A stretch of 64,000 nt of DNA from Bacteroidales bacterium (GTDB lineage Bacteria > Bacteroidota > Bacteroidia > Bacteroidales > WRGA01): NCBI GenBank assembly GCA_031553395.1, contig JAVBLR010000008.1, positions 50,486 to 114,485 on the forward strand, given 5' to 3'. This document shows positions 56,047 to 64,000 of this stretch, piece by piece (the first letter of the stretch is position 1; each line of letters begins with the position of its first letter). Position numbers and translations under genes: made by a program. The notes under the pieces were generated by a model. That model was not told where the DNA came from and searched no databases. It was given only the letters and a program-made list of their open reading frames with translations.

Positions 56047-57879
56047 ATGAAACAAATAATAACTACATCTATCTTATTTTTGATTGTCAGTATTAATAGT
56101 CAGGCTCAATATACGGTAAAAAGCAAATATATATTAGAGCCGGAATTGAATATAGAATATGTCCGCAACAACGCCGAATTCTGGATCAAGCATGCTTATG
56201 ATCCGGAATATGGCGGATTTTTTTCCAATGTTGACCAATATGGAAATGTAACCACAATGACACCTCAACGTTCCGGTTTCGGAACTACTCCGTATAAACG
56301 TAAATCATTGATCGTACAATCGCGTCATGGTTATGGTTTCACGAGGGCTTTTATGTTAACCGGAGATGAAAAATATCTCGATTATGCAAAAAGTGCATTG
56401 GATCTCCTTACTAAATATGGTTGGGATAAGGTCAACGGAGGATGGTATTGTTTTGCCAAAAGCGATGGAACGATAGATCTTACTCAGAATGACTTACGTG
56501 ATCTAAACCAGAAATGGGGTTTTCAGCAACATTACGGATTGTTGGGAATTGTTGCCAATTACGAAGCCACCCGGAATCCAAAGATTGCGGAATTCATGAA
56601 TAAAGGAATTGCTTCCATTTACAATAATATGTGGGATTCGCGTGCAGGCTATAAAGGTTATTATGAATATACGAAACCCGACTGGACAGGTAAAACAAAT
56701 AAAGGTTTTACACCTACCGTAGATGCCATCACCACAAATGCCGAATTGACTTATCTGATCACTCAACAGCCGGAATACAAAACAAGGTTGATGGAGTTGG
56801 CTGATAACATTGTAGATCATTTTATTCCTCAAATGGAAAACAAAAGTGTGAAAGCGCTTTATCCGGAAGTGTTTAGTACGAATTGGGTGGCTGATTTAAA
56901 TGCGTCTAAAAACGGAAGTATCGGTCACTTCATAAAAACGGCCTGGTGCTTAGGTCGCGCCTATCTTTGTGATACCACAAAAACGGAATACAAAGAAGCG
57001 GCAGATAAGATATTGAATCAGGTTTGGACATGGAAGAATGGAAGTGTTGCTTTGTGGGATCATACCAACGGAGGTCCATTCAATGCAATCAATATATTAA
57101 CGGGAGAATGGGGAACCAACGGAAATCTTAAAGATTATTGGACACTTGAGCAAGGTTTTACGGGTCCGATGTTGAATTATTATATTACTAAAAATGATAC
57201 TTACCTTCAAATGGCTGATGAATCCATCGGTTTCTTTATGGAACATTTGGTAGATTCTATCAATGGAGAAATATTTTCCGATACTTATCCCGATGGGACT
57301 GTCGTAAGAAGAAGTATCAAGGGCGATGATTACAAAGGAAGTTATCATTCCATAGAAATGGGTTATTATGCTTATTTATACAGTAAATTGTATTATTTGA
57401 ATCAATCCGCCGATTTATATTACAAGTTTGAGCCTTCTCCTGAAGAACGCCAAATTACGTTGACTCCTATTCCCATACAAGATAAACGGTTGAAAATAAA
57501 ATCAGTTACCCTGGATGGTAATGACTTCGATAATTTCAACGCAGACACAAGAACCTTGACCTTAGCGTCGAATCAAAGCGGAAAATTCAAAGTTACTTTT
57601 GAATCTGTTCCGCAAAATCCGTCAGGAATAGATAATATAGTTACTCAAAATCAAGTAAAAGTATATCCGACTTTGTTTAAAGAAAATATCTATATAGATG
57701 GTATTCAAGGCAATAGTGTGATTTTGATTACAGACTTAGCGGGCAAAGTAGTGTATCAACAAAAAAATATAGAGTTGTCTTTGAATGTAAATCTAGGAAA
57801 TCTTGCTTCCGGAATTTATATCATAACTGTATATCAGGAGTCAGGACTAAAATCAGTACATAAAATAATCAAACAATAA
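56047..57879 (+). CDS. AGE-superfamily (alpha/alpha)6-barrel protein with signal peptide and T9SS CTD
   Basis: 'FWIKHAYDPEYGGFFSNVDQYGNV' and 'KSLIVQSRHGYGFTRAFMLTGDEKYL' match N-acylglucosamine/cellobiose 2-epimerase-family blocks. The N-terminal 'SINSQAQ' signal and the C-terminal 'VKVYPTLFKENIYIDG...GIYIITVYQESGLKSVHKIIKQ' indicate secretion. Confidence 0.6.
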   Translation: MKQIITTSILFLIVSINSQAQYTVKSKYILEPELNIEYVRNNAEFWIKHAYDPEYGGFFSNVDQYGNVTTMTPQRSGFGTTPYKRKSLIVQSRHGYGFTRAFMLTGDEKYLDYAKSALDLLTKYGWDKVNGGWYCFAKSDGTIDLTQNDLRDLNQKWGFQQHYGLLGIVANYEATRNPKIAEFMNKGIASIYNNMWDSRAGYKGYYEYTKPDWTGKTNKGFTPTVDAITTNAELTYLITQQPEYKTRLMELADNIVDHFIPQMENKSVKALYPEVFSTNWVADLNASKNGSIGHFIKTAWCLGRAYLCDTTKTEYKEAADKILNQVWTWKNGSVALWDHTNGGPFNAINILTGEWGTNGNLKDYWTLEQGFTGPMLNYYITKNDTYLQMADESIGFFMEHLVDSINGEIFSDTYPDGTVVRRSIKGDDYKGSYHSIEMGYYAYLYSKLYYLNQSADLYYKFEPSPEERQITLTPIPIQDKRLKIKSVTLDGNDFDNFNADTRTLTLASNQSGKFKVTFESVPQNPSGIDNIVTQNQVKVYPTLFKENIYIDGIQGNSVILITDLAGKVVYQQKNIELSLNVNLGNLASGIYIITVYQESGLKSVHKIIKQ

Positions 57880-57893
57880 TAAATTCAATTGAT

Positions 57894-59279
57894 ATGAATA
57901 CCCATAAAATTTCACTGAAAGAGAAAATAGGTTATGGATTTGGTGATGCCGCAGCTTCCATGTTTTGGAAACTATTCACCATGTATTTGATGTTTTTTTA
58001 CACCGATATTTTCGGAATACCCGCGGCAATGGTTGGAACAATGTTCCTGATAACACGGATTTGGGATGCGGCATTTGATCCGTTTGTCGGCATTTGGTCG
58101 GATCGGACTGAAACCCGTTGGGGAAAATTTCGTCCGTATCTTTTATGGATGATGATTCCGTTCGGTGTATTCGGTGTATTGATGTTTAGTACTCCGAATC
58201 TAAGTGACACAGGAAAAATAGTCTATGCTTATATAACTTATTCATTAATGATGATGGTTTACTCCCTGATCAATGTTCCTTATGCTTCCTTGATGGGAGT
58301 GATGACTTCAGATGGAAAAGAACGTACCACTTTAGCGACTTACCGCATGACTTTTGCTTTCGGAGGTAGTTTGTTGGTTTTGGCAGCCGCTGAACCGTTG
58401 GTAGATGTATTTAGCAAAATGGGAGGCACTGTGAATTTAGCAGCAGGATGGCAATATGCTGCCGTTGTTTTTGCTATTGTTGCTATTATCTTTTTTTATC
58501 TATGTTTTTCATGGACAAAAGAACGTGTCAAGCCGACTGTTGAAAAAACATCGTTGAAACACGACTTAAAAGACCTTTGGGCGAATCGTCCCTGGTTTAT
58601 CTTGTTGGGAGCCGGTATTGCAGTTATTTTTTTCAATTCCATACGTGATGGAGCCGCCATTTATTATTTCAAATATTATGTGGCAACACAGGATGCTTTT
58701 CAGGTCAATTCGTTGAAAATGACTATTTCCTTAAGTAGCTTGTATTTTGTATTGGGACAAGCTGCCAATATCGTTGGGGTACTTTTGACTATTCCGATAT
58801 CCAATCGTTTCGGCAAAAAAGGAACTTTCCTTACTGCTATGATTATCGCTACGGCATTGAGTATCTGGTTTTATTTCATAGGTAAAAATGACACAACTTT
58901 GATATTCATTCTGCAATTCCTCATTAGTTTGTGTGCCGGAATAACATTGCCTTTGATTTGGTCGATGTATGCCGATACAGCCGATTATTCGGAATGGAAA
59001 ACGAAACGCCGTGCAACCGGATTGGTTTTTTCAGCGTCTTCGATGTCGCAAAAATTCGGATGGACAATAGGTGGCGCGTTAGCCGGATGGTTATTGGGCT
59101 ACTATGGATTTCAGGCGAATGTAGAACAAACAGAATTCGCCCAAGGTGGTATCCGGATGATGTTGAGCTTTTTCCCTGCAATCGGCACTTTCCTTGCAGT
59201 CGTTTTTATGGCGATCTATCCATTGAATGAAACGAAAATGAAAGATATTTCCCATCAGTTAGAAGAAACAAGAAAATAA
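57894..59279 (+). CDS. Glycoside-pentoside-hexuronide (GPH):cation symporter family transporter
   Basis: About 12 TM helices are predicted. 'KIGYGFGD' and '[25 protein letters not shown]' form the GPH signature. Confidence 0.85.
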   Translation: MNTHKISLKEKIGYGFGDAAASMFWKLFTMYLMFFYTDIFGIPAAMVGTMFLITRIWDAAFDPFVGIWSDRTETRWGKFRPYLLWMMIPFGVFGVLMFSTPNLSDTGKIVYAYITYSLMMMVYSLINVPYASLMGVMTSDGKERTTLATYRMTFAFGGSLLVLAAAEPLVDVFSKMGGTVNLAAGWQYAAVVFAIVAIIFFYLCFSWTKERVKPTVEKTSLKHDLKDLWANRPWFILLGAGIAVIFFNSIRDGAAIYYFKYYVATQDAFQVNSLKMTISLSSLYFVLGQAANIVGVLLTIPISNRFGKKGTFLTAMIIATALSIWFYFIGKNDTTLIFILQFLISLCAGITLPLIWSMYADTADYSEWKTKRRATGLVFSASSMSQKFGWTIGGALAGWLLGYYGFQANVEQTEFAQGGIRMMLSFFPAIGTFLAVVFMAIYPLNETKMKDISHQLEETRK

Positions 59280-59304
59280 ACAATTGATTACAAAAATATA
59301 CAAT

Positions 59305-61740
59305 ATGCAATTCGGACATTTTGATGACGAAAGACGTGAATACGTCATTACTAATCCACGTACACCGTGGCCTTGGATTAATTATCTGGGAAACGAAGAT
59401 TTTTTCAGTTTGATATCTAATACTGGAGGTGGATATTCATTTTATAAAGATGCGAAATTCCGCCGCATCACCCGTTATCGTTACAACAATGTTCCGATGG
59501 ATAGCGGAGGAAAATATTTCTATATTAAAGATGGAGATACTGTTTGGAGTCCGGGCTGGAAACCTTGCAAAACGGAAATGGATGCTTATGAGTGTCGTCA
59601 CGGAATGAATTATACTATTATCAAAGGGTTAAAAAACGGAATAGAAGCAGAAGCGCTTTATTTTGTGCCTCTCAATACATGGGCGGAAGTACAAAAACTG
59701 ACGTTGAGAAATACTTCTGATAAGGTAAAGACACTGAAATTATTTTCGTTTGTGGAATGGTGTTTGTGGAATGCTGCCACCGATATGGAGAATTTTCAAC
59801 GCAACTTTTCTACCGGTGAAGTCGAAATAGAAGACTCTGTGATTTACCACAAAACAGAATATAAAGAACGTCGCAATCATTATGCCTACTATTCGGTAAA
59901 TGCTCCTATTCAGGGGTTTGATACCGACAGAGAAACTTTCTTCGGACTTTATAACGGTTTCGATGAACCGCAAACAGTTGCAGAAGGCGTTGCTCGCAAT
60001 TCCGAAGCGCACGGTTGGTCGCCCATTGCATCCCATTGTCTGGAAATTACTTTACAACCCGGAGAATCCAAAGACTTGGTTTTTGTATTGGGTTACGTAG
60101 AAAATGAAGAAAATGAAAAATGGGAAAGCAAAGGAATTATCAATAAAACCAAATCTAAAGCAACAATTTCTCGTTTTGATACAACAGAAAAAGTTAATAA
60201 AGCTTGGGATGAATTAAAGAACTATTGGGATAAATTATTGAATGTATTTGTTCTGAAATCGGGAGAAGAAAAACTAGATCGCATGGTTAACATTTGGAAT
60301 CAGTATCAATGTATGATTACGTTTTGTTTTTCGCGTTCCGCTTCATTTTTTGAAAGTGGCATCGGTCGCGGTATGGGTTTCCGCGATTCAAATCAGGATT
60401 TGATAGGCTTTGTACATCAAATTCCGGAACGGGCACGCGAACGTATCATTGATATTGCTTCCACTCAATTCCCAGACGGAGGATGTTATCATCAATACCA
60501 GCCTCTGACTAAAAAAGGTAATAATGAAATCGGTCAGGGTTTCAATGATGATCCGATGTGGTTGATTCTCGGAACGACTGCTTATATCAAGGAAACAGGC
60601 GATTTTGGCATTCTTGAAGAACAAGTTCCTTTTGATAATGAACCGGGGTCTGAAGTTTCCCTTTTCCGGCATTTAACGGTTTCTATTGACCATGTAGTTA
60701 ACAATCTCGGTCCTCATGGATTGCCGTTGATTGGTCGTGCGGATTGGAATGACTGCCTCAACCTGAATTGTTTTTCTAATGATCCGAATGAGAGTTTCCA
60801 AACAACGGAAAATAAAACCGAAGGTTCAAAAGCCGAGAGCTTGATGATTGCCGGACTTTTCGTTGTATATGGTCGCGACTACATTGAACTCTGTCGTCAA
60901 ATCGGAAAACAGGATGAGGCCAACCGTGCGCAAAAGTATGTAGATGCCATGATAGAATCGGTTAAAAAATATGGTTGGGACGGAGAATGGTTCCTTCGTG
61001 CGTATGATTTCTTCGGGAATAAAATCGGTTCTGATGAAAATGAAGAAGGAAAAATCTTTATAGAATCCAATGGATGGTGCACTATGGCCGGAATAGGTTT
61101 GAAAGACGGAATGGTAACAAAAGCGTTAGATGCCGTAAAAGAAAGATTGGATTGCGAGCATGGAATCGTATTGAATAATCCGGCATTCACCAAATATTAT
61201 ATCGAGTACGGCGAAATATCCACTTATCCGAAAGGTTATAAAGAAAATGCCGGTATTTTCTGCCACAACAATCCATGGATCATGATTGGCGAAACCGTTC
61301 AGGGAAGAGGCGATCGTGCCTGGGAATATTATCAAAAAATATGCCCGGCTTATCTGGAAGAAAAAAGCGATTTGCACAAAGTAGAACCTTACGTTTATGC
61401 CCAAATGATTGCGGGGAAAGACGCTTTCCGTCCGGGAGAAGCCAAAAACTCCTGGTTAACAGGAACAGCTTCATGGAATTACTATACCATTACACAATAC
61501 ATTTTGGGTATTCGCCCATCTTATAAGGGTTTAATCATTGATCCTTGTATTCCATCCGAATGGAAAATATTCAAAATAACCCGTCAATTCAGGGGAGCGA
61601 TTTATGAAATTACGATTAATAATCCTGATGGAACTATGAAAGGCGTAAAACAAATCTCTATCGACGGAAAAAATATAGAAGGAAATATGATTCCCGCAAT
61701 GCCGGAAGGAAATACATATAACGTGGAAGTTTTTATGTAA
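59305..61740 (+). CDS. GH94 cellobiose/cellodextrin phosphorylase
   Basis: The start was moved to '[29 protein letters not shown]', the classic cellobiose phosphorylase N-terminus. '[11 protein letters not shown]', 'GIFCHNNPW' and 'SWLTGTASW' are also present. Confidence 0.9.
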   Translation: MQFGHFDDERREYVITNPRTPWPWINYLGNEDFFSLISNTGGGYSFYKDAKFRRITRYRYNNVPMDSGGKYFYIKDGDTVWSPGWKPCKTEMDAYECRHGMNYTIIKGLKNGIEAEALYFVPLNTWAEVQKLTLRNTSDKVKTLKLFSFVEWCLWNAATDMENFQRNFSTGEVEIEDSVIYHKTEYKERRNHYAYYSVNAPIQGFDTDRETFFGLYNGFDEPQTVAEGVARNSEAHGWSPIASHCLEITLQPGESKDLVFVLGYVENEENEKWESKGIINKTKSKATISRFDTTEKVNKAWDELKNYWDKLLNVFVLKSGEEKLDRMVNIWNQYQCMITFCFSRSASFFESGIGRGMGFRDSNQDLIGFVHQIPERARERIIDIASTQFPDGGCYHQYQPLTKKGNNEIGQGFNDDPMWLILGTTAYIKETGDFGILEEQVPFDNEPGSEVSLFRHLTVSIDHVVNNLGPHGLPLIGRADWNDCLNLNCFSNDPNESFQTTENKTEGSKAESLMIAGLFVVYGRDYIELCRQIGKQDEANRAQKYVDAMIESVKKYGWDGEWFLRAYDFFGNKIGSDENEEGKIFIESNGWCTMAGIGLKDGMVTKALDAVKERLDCEHGIVLNNPAFTKYYIEYGEISTYPKGYKENAGIFCHNNPWIMIGETVQGRGDRAWEYYQKICPAYLEEKSDLHKVEPYVYAQMIAGKDAFRPGEAKNSWLTGTASWNYYTITQYILGIRPSYKGLIIDPCIPSEWKIFKITRQFRGAIYEITINNPDGTMKGVKQISIDGKNIEGNMIPAMPEGNTYNVEVFM

Positions 61741-61745
61741 TAATC

Positions 61746-61832
61746 ATGAAGCAGAAAGGTATAGTTTTAGGTAGCTCGAACATGGATATGGTGGTTAAAT
61801 CCGACCACCTTCCTGTTCCGGGCGAAAGTTAA
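61746..61832 (+). pseudogene. rbsK: Ribokinase (PfkB family) 5' remnant, 28 codons then stop
   Basis: The fragment translates to MKQKGIVLGSSNMDMVVKSDHLPVPGES*. It matches the ribokinase N-terminal 'V.GS.N.D.V......P.PGET' block and is truncated right after PGE. Confidence 0.65.
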
Positions 61833-61844
61833 TTGGCTTATTAA

Positions 61845-62993
61845 ATGAGAATCATGAAAATAAAAATACAAAATTGCATTATATTATTGCTGCTGATAAA
61901 TATCAGTTTCGGTTATGCATCCAATTCAGGTATTAAAGCCAGAATGACTGATATGAAATTATCCGGAGGCGCTTTTGTTTCCGGAGGCTATCAGGTAACA
62001 GCTCATAACATTGCAGAACCGGCTCAAATTCTTCATCCGGTTTATACGACCATAGAAAGAATGTCTTTCTATGTATCTTTTACCTTAAAATCGGATAGTG
62101 TATCCATCCGTTTTGGTAAAGGATTTTGTTATATCGAACTTGCGGGTAATACGATGAATGTATACAAAATCAATGGAGGTTTGGGTGGGGCTACTTTATT
62201 AGAAACCATAGAATTGCCATTTAAACTATCTACCGGTGAAAAATACAATATAACTCAACAGAAGATTGATGGCTATAAACTTAAATATTCTATTGTTTCA
62301 GCGGATAATCAATTTGAGAAGCTCTATGATGTTGATACCGGAGTAGGTTTTGCTGCCGTTCGTGCATGGGGAAAAGCTGTTTTTGGTGTTAAAAACGGTA
62401 CTGTTTTGGTGCATGATGCTATTATTGCCACAGGATATGATCAACAAACCGTAGTTTCATTTTGGGGCGATTCTTTCTTGGATGCAGCTAATTTAGTCAG
62501 TAATGGGGGGACATTCAAAGATCGTTATTGTGATTTGGTCGCGCAACGTTTAGGTTACGATAAAGTTCCGATAATGGCACGAACCGGACATGCGTTGGAT
62601 TCCGCTTTTGTCGCGCGTTTTAAAGTAGAAAACAGTTATTTCAAATCACCTTTTGTATTTTTAGGGATGGGAACGAATAATATGACAGTAGATGGTTATA
62701 AAACCTATATCCGGCAATGCATTAAGGAAGCAAAAAACAATGGACAAATACCTATATTAGTAACAATCACGCCTCGTATTGACGTAGATTATCAAACTGT
62801 TACTAAAATCATCAATGATTGGGTCAAATCCAGCGGAGAAAAATACGTTGATATTTGTAACGCAGTTACTGATGAGAAAGGAAATTGGAAACCGGAATAT
62901 TTAACATCAGATGGTGTACACCCAACTGTTGCCGGAGAACATGCAATGTTCAGGCAAATTCAATTGGATATTCCTGAGTTATTCTATAGGTAA
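61845..62993 (+). CDS. SGNH/GDSL-family esterase with N-terminal beta-rich domain
   Basis: A signal peptide is present. The SGNH blocks are 'FWGDSF' (I), 'LGMGTNN' (III) and 'SDGVHPT' (V). Confidence 0.75.
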   Translation: MRIMKIKIQNCIILLLLINISFGYASNSGIKARMTDMKLSGGAFVSGGYQVTAHNIAEPAQILHPVYTTIERMSFYVSFTLKSDSVSIRFGKGFCYIELAGNTMNVYKINGGLGGATLLETIELPFKLSTGEKYNITQQKIDGYKLKYSIVSADNQFEKLYDVDTGVGFAAVRAWGKAVFGVKNGTVLVHDAIIATGYDQQTVVSFWGDSFLDAANLVSNGGTFKDRYCDLVAQRLGYDKVPIMARTGHALDSAFVARFKVENSYFKSPFVFLGMGTNNMTVDGYKTYIRQCIKEAKNNGQIPILVTITPRIDVDYQTVTKIINDWVKSSGEKYVDICNAVTDEKGNWKPEYLTSDGVHPTVAGEHAMFRQIQLDIPELFYR

Positions 62994-63042
62994 TAGCAAG
63001 TTAAACCGATTGTGAATCAAGTAAACGAATAAATACCTAAAA

Positions 63043-63082
63043 AAGGAGTAGACATGCTCAAAACTTGTCTACTCCTTTATTT
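63043..63082 (+). terminator. Rho-independent-type terminator after the SGNH gene
   Basis: The stem aaggagtagaca (63043-63054) / tgtctactcctt (63066-63077) is followed by a T-rich tail. An outer imperfect stem gtaaacgaataaata / tatttatt..cgtttac surrounds it. Confidence 0.65.
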
Positions 63083-63200
63083 ATTAACTCGTTTACTACT
63101 GTATAAGCACTTTCTGACTTCGACACTTTTCTCCTCTCAGTTTTACAATAGATTATATTTTATCCTCCCCTACCTTATATAACCGTAATTCCAACAAAAA

Positions 63201-63238
63201 ACTGGGTAAGTGATTAAAGTAATAATCACTTACCCAGT
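63201..63238. repeat. Perfect 16-bp inverted repeat hairpin at the junction with the menE-like fragment
   Basis: The arms are actgggtaagtgatta (63201-63216) and taatcacttacccagt (63223-63238). Confidence 0.7.
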
Positions 63239-63618
63239 TAAAATCGGCAGCTGCCTACTCTCCCACATGGCTGCAGTACCATCGGACCGGATGCTTCCGC
63301 ATTCTCGGACGAAAAGACAATATTATCAATAGCGGAGGAATAAAAATTCAAATAGAAAAAATAGAAGAAGTCCTTCGTCCGGTTATTGACAAGCCATTTG
63401 CCATCATATCCGTTCCTCATCCGAAATTTGGAGAAGCAATGGTTTTATTGATATCAAAAGATCAAGATCTTTCAAAAGAAAAAATAAATGAACTTTTGCC
63501 TTCTCATCATCAACCTAAATATATAATGGAAATAGAAAATATTCCCCTTACCGAAACTGGAAAAATAGATAGGATTGGTTGTAAAAAATTGGTTATTTCA
63601 AAGCTAGGTATAGTTTAA
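63226..63618 (+). pseudogene. 3' fragment of an AMP-dependent synthetase/ligase (O-succinylbenzoate-CoA ligase-like)
   Basis: The frame is open from a stop at 63223. It translates to '...WLQYHRTGCFRILGRKDNIINSGGIKIQIEKIEEVL...HPKFGEAMVLL...LTETGKIDR...', which are the C-terminal subdomain motifs only. About 115 aa are homologous, the N-terminal ~250-350 aa are absent, and there is no start codon. Confidence 0.6.
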
Positions 63619-63759
63619 GGACTATGGGTTTCATACAAAAGGGAGTATAACCGATTAAATGAAGAGGCCTATCTATTTAAAAATACAAGTGATTGCTTTT
63701 TTAACCAAACAAGTATTGCTTCGGTAACAAGGATAAGATATATTTGTGTATTCGAATAT

Positions 63760-63825
63760 GAGTTGAGAATTAAGAGTTAAGAGTTGAAAGACCACGCCTC
63801 TCCAAAACTCTTAACTTTTAACTTG
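63760..63825. repeat. Low-complexity hairpin of the aattaagagttaag family
   Basis: The left arm is 'gagttgagaattaagagttaagagttg' and the right arm is 'caaaactcttaacttttaacttg'. It uses the same word family as 21228-21332. Confidence 0.65.
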
Positions 63826-63884
63826 ATTCATAGCGATCTCGATAATAAAAACAAAACAGTTCTTGCTGCTTGAATACAATCCCC

Positions 63885-64000
63885 ATGAATAACCATAAAC
63901 TTATACTTCTTGTCATTTTTTGTTTGTGTTCGAAAAACATTTCGGGGCAAACGACCTGTTACTTCGAACATTACTCCACCGAAGACGGGCTTCCTCAATT
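63885..64000 (+). CDS. N-terminus of a second hybrid two-component-type sensor (truncated by window end)
   Basis: 'MNNHKLILLVIFCLCSKNISGQTTCYFEHYSTEDGLPQ' combines a signal peptide with the 'F.HY...DGLP.N' first propeller-repeat motif seen in HTCS proteins. Confidence 0.5.
   Translation, partial: MNNHKLILLVIFCLCSKNISGQTTCYFEHYSTEDGLPQ

Overview
This is a low-GC Bacteroidota (Bacteroidales-like) chromosomal segment. The assignment rests on a SusC/SusD pair, many T9SS C-terminal sorting domains and TAnnTTTG -7 promoter boxes. It has three blocks.

(1) 1-13.4 kb is an AT-rich accessory or mobile-element-like region. It carries a ParB-fold protein, an SF2 helicase, a RadC/JAB protein, a small serine recombinase flanked by 26-bp repeats, and a BspA-type LRR surface protein. 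It also holds the most interesting locus. That locus is a minus-strand cluster (4190-8104) encoding a class III nucleotidyl cyclase, a Nudix protein, a Kir-like channel-fold membrane protein and a MoaA-like radical SAM enzyme. A second, DUF5131-like radical SAM gene sits next to it, and ~148-bp intergenic repeats bracket part of the cluster. I interpret it as a candidate undescribed nucleotide-based defence or abortive-infection system. This is inference from motifs only.

(2) 13.4-24.6 kb is core-like. It contains a tRNA-Thr(CGU) gene interrupted by a 44-nt insertion at the D-loop, plus PhnB-like, MscS and lipoprotein genes. A complete Pho regulon block follows: porin, pstSCAB, phoU and phoBR-like genes. 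This block has E. coli-like Pho boxes and unusual low-complexity hairpins at the gene junctions.

(3) 24.6-63 kb is a very large polysaccharide utilisation locus controlled by a hybrid two-component regulator. It includes three paralogous T9SS-secreted proteins built from seven copies of a CBM-like module (one carries GH5). It also has a GH5 lipoprotein, a CBM9-like protein, SusC/SusD, two lipoproteins, a BNR propeller, a GH5-GH88 fusion and a heparinase II/III-like protein. Further genes encode GH3 with an extra domain, a SASA esterase, GH29, GH130, a secreted AGE-fold protein, a GPH symporter, GH94 and a GDSL esterase. The block ends in two gene remnants (rbsK 5' fragment, menE-like 3' fragment).

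All functional calls come from motif recognition by eye. No database search was run.
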